A stretch of 64,000 nt of DNA from Basidiobolus meristosporus CBS 931.73. Its lineage: Eukaryota > Fungi > Basidiobolomycota. Of the stretch, positions 59,024 to 64,000 are shown piece after piece. The first letter of the stretch is position 1. Each line of letters begins with the position of its first letter. The notes beneath the pieces are model-generated. The model was given only the letters and a program-made list of their open reading frames with translations, did no database searches and had not been told where the DNA came from. The stretch spans positions 1-64,000 of the forward strand of contig MCFE01000467.1 in the NCBI GenBank assembly GCA_002104905.1, written 5' to 3'. Position numbers and translations under genes: made by a program.

Positions 59024-60695
59024 CAGGAAGGATGTCGTGAAGCAAAGGAACTAACAATTTACAAGGAAGAAGATCAGTTTGGTAACAATTGCCAGAGATA
59101 AGCGAGCGCATGGATGCGGATTTCGAATCAATTTATACCTCATTTGTACCCCAATCCATATTGGCTGGGAATGATCGAAATTGGTTGTCATTTGTAATTG
59201 CTCCTTTATCATGGATCTAGTCTGGTAATTGCATGCTAATCATGGATCTAGTCTCAGATACCCTTCCATTACCTCATTACCTTCCATTACCCATCTCACC
59301 TGTAGCTCTGATAAACTTCGAGATTAACCTATCCATTGGTGTAACCATTCTAACCATCCAAGCAACAGCCCTCCTGGGTACCGCAGACCCCCTCGAGCCC
59401 CCAACCACCATTCTCTACGTTTACGGAGCAAATCGCAGCTCTGCACCCAAACTCCCCCAAGTGGAGCATATACAATGGGCACAGTATTCTGGACAGCATC
59501 GCCTGGCGTCCGGTTCGTATCGGTGCTTTGTTTAGTGAAGCAATGAGCTAGAAAGGTCCAGACTTCTATCTGGATTGATGGAAGGCAAGGGGCCGATTGC
59601 TTGGTGATTTATCATAGGCGCAGCCCATAGATTAGCTCCTACCTTACCACACGCGAGCGGGTAGATAGTCAATTTGGCTAATGTCTCCAAATTGATGCGC
59701 TACGATGCCCCAGAACAGATTGACAAGTTCCAAATAAGGGGATCGCTCCTCACAGTCATCTTACTGCGGTCATGTCATATTGGTCGCACGGATTAAGCTG
59801 GTCACTGTCATGGATATGTTCTTTGTTCCCCAACACAGCCTGCCCCAAAATCCCCAACTGGATAGAGTTGATGGGCTGTAGGATGTATGCTGTAGGCTGA
59901 GGGTTGAGGTCAAGAGTCGGGGGTCGGGGGTCTGAACACGCCCCAGCTACCCTTCCACTCTCCAACTACAGCATGGGGCAGCTAGTTTAACCTAGTTGAG
60001 TATGGTGGTACTTCTCCTCAGCAACCAATATAGGGATATGAGGCCTATTTATGCTCACACCACAGGTGCTCAATCCCGATAATTATCGACCGCGAAGCAA
60101 GTCATCATTACGATATTATCGTCACTGGGCTTATCATCACGCCCAAGGATTTATTTAGCTAGTCAGAAAGTTATCTAGGTCTCGAGGTCGCCGCTTAGCT
60201 GGTTGGAAAGTTATCTAGGTCGTGGTGGTGCGGTGCGGGTGCAGCTTTCCATATGGGATTTTGTTGAAGTTAAATTGCTTGGTGCAATCTCGACAAATCC
60301 GTGCTTAAATCCAGGTCTTGTGAAGATATGCCTATTCGGGAATCTCGCGTAAATCTCGCGTAAATCTCTCCAAATTACGCTCATTCTTAGACGGAAATCT
60401 ACTTCGATTTGGGCAGTCCGGTTGGTGTCACACAAGCGCTATCCTTTGCCCCATTTTCTGGCAATGCCACGGATTTTCATGTGCTAACGTGAGTGGGTCT
60501 CTATTCGGACCGATGATTCCATACGTAATGGCATCATCCGTGAGGTACAAGGAGTTCCATGTGTAAAGGTACATAAGCCAACCGAGTCTATTCGGCCCGA
60601 TGATTCCATCATGATAGCAAGGAATGGGCTGCTATAAAGGTGGCTTGGTGAATGTGACATGGCTCATAATATTCCTACTTAATCCACCCTTTAAC

Positions 60696-62100
60696 ATGCA
60701 CATAGATCAAAGTAGCCCCAAGTATCTAGCACCCATAGATGTGGTGTTCCAACATCTCGAAACTGAGGAACACCCAATGACCTGCACCTCTGTCTGGACC
60801 TTCAAGACCCCCTTGGACGAGTGTCTGGTCACCAAAGAATTCTGTAACTTAGTAGACAATTATCCCAAATTTCGCCAATGTATCCATTCTCGGGGGAGTT
60901 TCAAAATGCCTGAATGGGTGGACTCCCCCGACTTCAAGCTAGAGAACCACCTACACTTCGTCAATCTCACCGGCGGGACCAAAGAGGATGTCGCGGCGTT
61001 CGGAGCGGAGCGCTTCGTTAAGCTGGACCCCGCGATGCCTCTGTGGAATGCCTACGTGATCAATGACCTGAAGGACGGCGGCTCCGCTCTAATAGGTAAG
61101 CACGCAGATGGATATGGATTCGGCGTGAAGTCCTAATAATCTTTCCACTTCAGTACAAGCGCACCATGCTCTTAGTGATGGCATCGGCTTTCTCTGCTGC
61201 ACCCTCTCTCTCACATCCGCGCGGGACATGAAGTTCTCCTCCAAGAAGGCCTCGAAAGTGAAGAAGCCAGCCTCGGTCCAAGAGTTCTTGGTCTCGATGT
61301 ACCTGCTTTTCTGTCAGCTCTGTTTGCTCCTCCTCCACGTAGTCCAGTTGTCCCTGTGGGAGCTGCGGCAACTCTTCCAAACTCACCTTATCCTTCGTAA
61401 ATCCCTACCGCTCAACCCAAAGGAGGACGTGTTCAAGAAAAGCATGAGCTGGTCCGAACCGGTTGACCTGGAGGATGTCAAGTTGCTACGCCGACGATAC
61501 AACTGTACCGTGAACGACATCCTTACTACCATTCTAACCCTGGCCATCCGAAACTATCTGTCAGAGCGCAGTCTCCTTCACGACAAAACGTTCCGGTTCC
61601 TGATACCGATCAGCGTGCGCCGAGCGGGGGATCTGTCGTTATCCAACCAAGTGGGTGGATCCAGTCTCTTCGTGCCGATCGAAAGCTCCGACCCGTCGAA
61701 GCTGTTGAGCTCGATCCAGCACAACATGCATTTCGCCAAGAACTCGGTGGAGCCGTTGGCCAGCTGCAAGCTGCTGGCCCAGTTCTCCTATCTTCCCCAG
61801 TCCTGGTACATCCCCGTTTGCTCCTGGTACGCCAAGCAATACAACGGGGTGTTCACCAACATCCCTGGCCCCCAGCAACCCTTGCGATTCGCCGGCCAAG
61901 AGATCGACGACTACGTGGTGTACCCACCCCAGACTGGCCCCGGTGGGCTAGGGATGGGCGTCATTTCCTACAACAACAAGGTGGTGATCTCGGTGCTCAC
62001 GGACGAGACCGAGGCTGCCCCTCAACTCGCCAAGGGAATTGCTGAGCAGTTCAAATTGGAGTTCGACAGGATCCTCAATGACGCCAAGCTGTCCCAATAG
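60696..62100 (+). CDS. Bifunctional wax-ester synthase/diacylglycerol acyltransferase (WS/DGAT), one intron 61096-61153
   Basis: Catalytic HHALSDG formed in exon 2; W....F.LENH, D...PLW, CTVNDIL, PISVRR..LSNQ, FTNIPGP, ISYNNKV. Confidence 0.9.
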
Positions 62101-62902
62101 ACCATACAACAGCATCCATCTCTTAATTCAGCCCATCTAGACCTATTCCAACCGCATCCATAGCCATAACCACATTTCTAATCCATATCCTTACCTGCAC
62201 CCACCTCACCCCGCCAACCTATCATATCCACATACCATGCTAATCAAATAAACCTTCCACGTGCGGGTGTGTGTGAATCACGTTCTTGTAAATGGCCTGG
62301 TAAATCCAATGATTTGTAGGATATATGCTGGTTGATTGCATTATTGACCTCGAATAAGCAGTGCATACCATGAGAAGAACTCCATAAAGCCTATATATAG
62401 AATCCCTAACAAAAAGCTCTTAGAAGTGCAAAGATTGGGATCATTTGCATGAGTTCAAAGTCTTGATAACTTCTCAGGCCTTACTGAAGTTAAGTATTTA
62501 CTAATATAATGCCAGCTAAATTGCAAGTAGGCGTATTTTAATCTGCATGTACACTTAATACAATCTTGACAGACATGAGTTTATGGGAAAAAGCCTCCCT
62601 CGCCAAAGGCCAGCCAAATGCTTGCATAAGACCATCAGAAATCCAATTTCCCTTAAATTCGCACCTTGTAGTATCAAGCATTGTAGCATTTTTTTGAATA
62701 ATCAGCTGTCTGTGTAGTGTATAAGCTGTTATAAGTATTTAGCTTACATCTGTACCACTCATAAGACATGGGACTCTACTTAGCTTACCGCCAAGCCATG
62801 AGCTAATCACTTGAAATCTAGTTTGTCGGATATTTGCTAATCAACGGAGTTAGCATTCTAAAACTTATCCAAAAACCTCCAAGCATTACACACAGCTTCC
62901 TA

Positions 62903-63250
62903 TGCTGTAAGAGTCTTGGAGATATTGGAAGTGATTGGGAGAACAAGTAGATTATGTGGTTTTCACTTAATGATTCATTGAATGTAAAAGTAGTATTTAT
63001 ACTTTTGCATGGTCTTGGCATTACAAACACGTAGAATAGGTTAAGGAAGGTCCCAAGAACATGTGTGCAAAGTTTGGGCTGTTTGGACAACTTTGAGAAT
63101 TTTCATGTTCTGGGTACCTGGTATTTTGGTGAAAATATTCTAAGTAAATCCCAACAAGAATTTGGTCAGTATTCTCTAGGATTTGAAGGTGATGATCTAA
63201 GTGACTAAGTTAGGTGAATATTTAGGTGAAAATCACAAATTTTTACAACA
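62903..63250 (-). repeat. copia 3' LTR F (348 bp), minus strand
   Basis: Reverse complement of the LTR family (TGTTGTAA..TTACAGCA); PPT GAGTGGGAG on the minus strand at 63251-63259. Confidence 0.95.
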
Positions 63251-63261
63251 CTCCCACTCAG

Positions 63262-63906
63262 CTAAGTGGTCATACTGACTAGTCCTAATTTTGACCTAAG
63301 ATACACAAATTTGTCTCTAGCTAATGGCTTGGTCAATATGTCTGCAATCATTTTATCTGTAGAACAGTAAGCTGAGTTACCTAAGTTACTCTCTATAGCT
63401 TCACATACAAAATAATGTCTAATATTTATGTGCTTAGTTCCAGCCTGAAAAGTTGGACTTTCATTAATTGTACACAACCTTGATTACCTCAAAATAAAGT
63501 AATAGGCATTTTTGACATAAGCCTAAATCTTCAGAAGCCTCCTTAGCCACATTGCTTTTTTGAAGCTCCACAGGCTGCCATATACTCTGCCTCTGTGATA
63601 GAAAGTGCTACAGTTGGTTGCTTTCTTAAATTCCATGAAATTGCTCCTTTACAGTAGAGAAAGGTATCTCCTATGGAGGATCTTGTGTCTTCTAGATTTT
63701 GTCCCTGATTAGCATCAAAGTATCCCACAAGATCTTGTTCTGAATCCTTATAGGTGTACTTTAAGCAGATATCAGCAGTTCCTTTTAGGTATCTCACAAT
63801 CTGTTTAACTGCTGCAATATGCTCAGATCCATTGTCTGATTGTGCTGGCTGACAGCACGCACTGTATATGAGATATCTAGAGGTGTTCCAAGCATGATAT
63901 ACATCA
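63262..63906 (-). mobile_element. Decayed copia RT end/RNase H, interrupted by an LTR
   Basis: RYLKGT..GYFDA..GAISW..KQPTVALS.TEAEY, KHINIRHYF..ADILTKPLARDKF; stops and frameshifts. Confidence 0.93.
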
Positions 63907-64000
63907 TGTTATAAAAATTTGTATTTCCACCTAAATATTCACCTAACTTAGTCACTTAGATCATTACCTTCAGATCCAAGAGAATACTGACCAAATTACT
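63907..64000 (+). repeat. 5' part of a plus-oriented LTR G inserted in the minus-strand copia
   Basis: TGTTATAAAAATTTGTATTTCCACCTAAATATTCACC.. matches the start of LTR C. Confidence 0.9.

Overview
Eukaryotic DNA, most consistent with an early-diverging (non-Dikarya) fungus. This is inferred from ~55-70 nt GT-AG introns, a fungal-type tRNA-iMet primer site, and retention of katanin p80, an animal-like LAMTOR3 and a talin-F0-like protein; a Basidiobolus-like lineage is plausible but cannot be proven here. Architecture: (1) 1-10.35 kb is an AT-rich, strongly CpG-depleted nest of one Ty1/copia family plus a decayed Penelope-like RT element. (2) ~12-62 kb is a dense island of about 27 genes: urease, bacterial YycE-like VOC protein, cryptic DUF4476-like gene, BAG cochaperone, katanin p80, C1D/Rrp47, Src1/Man1, Mdl1, CutC, Nup160, Rpf1, Nat1, LAMTOR3, butyrobetaine-dioxygenase-like, F0+2xPH protein, TAF9, H2B, cytochrome c, GPI Cys-rich protein, MAPR/b5, PPR, Atg4, Gpr1/Fun34/YaaH, two Pho80/Pcl cyclins, Snf7 and WS/DGAT. 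(3) 62.9-64 kb is another nest of the same copia family. Best leads: a probable Firmicute-derived yycE gene with a TATA box directly behind an intronless, highly codon-biased urease; a chimeric self-nesting copia primed by a tRNA-iMet half; a CpG-deamination signature confined to TEs; and four 1-nt frame breaks in four adjacent conserved genes (assembly error or decaying paralogous block). No tRNA, rRNA or CRISPR array was found. Family assignments come from motif recognition by eye, not database searches.
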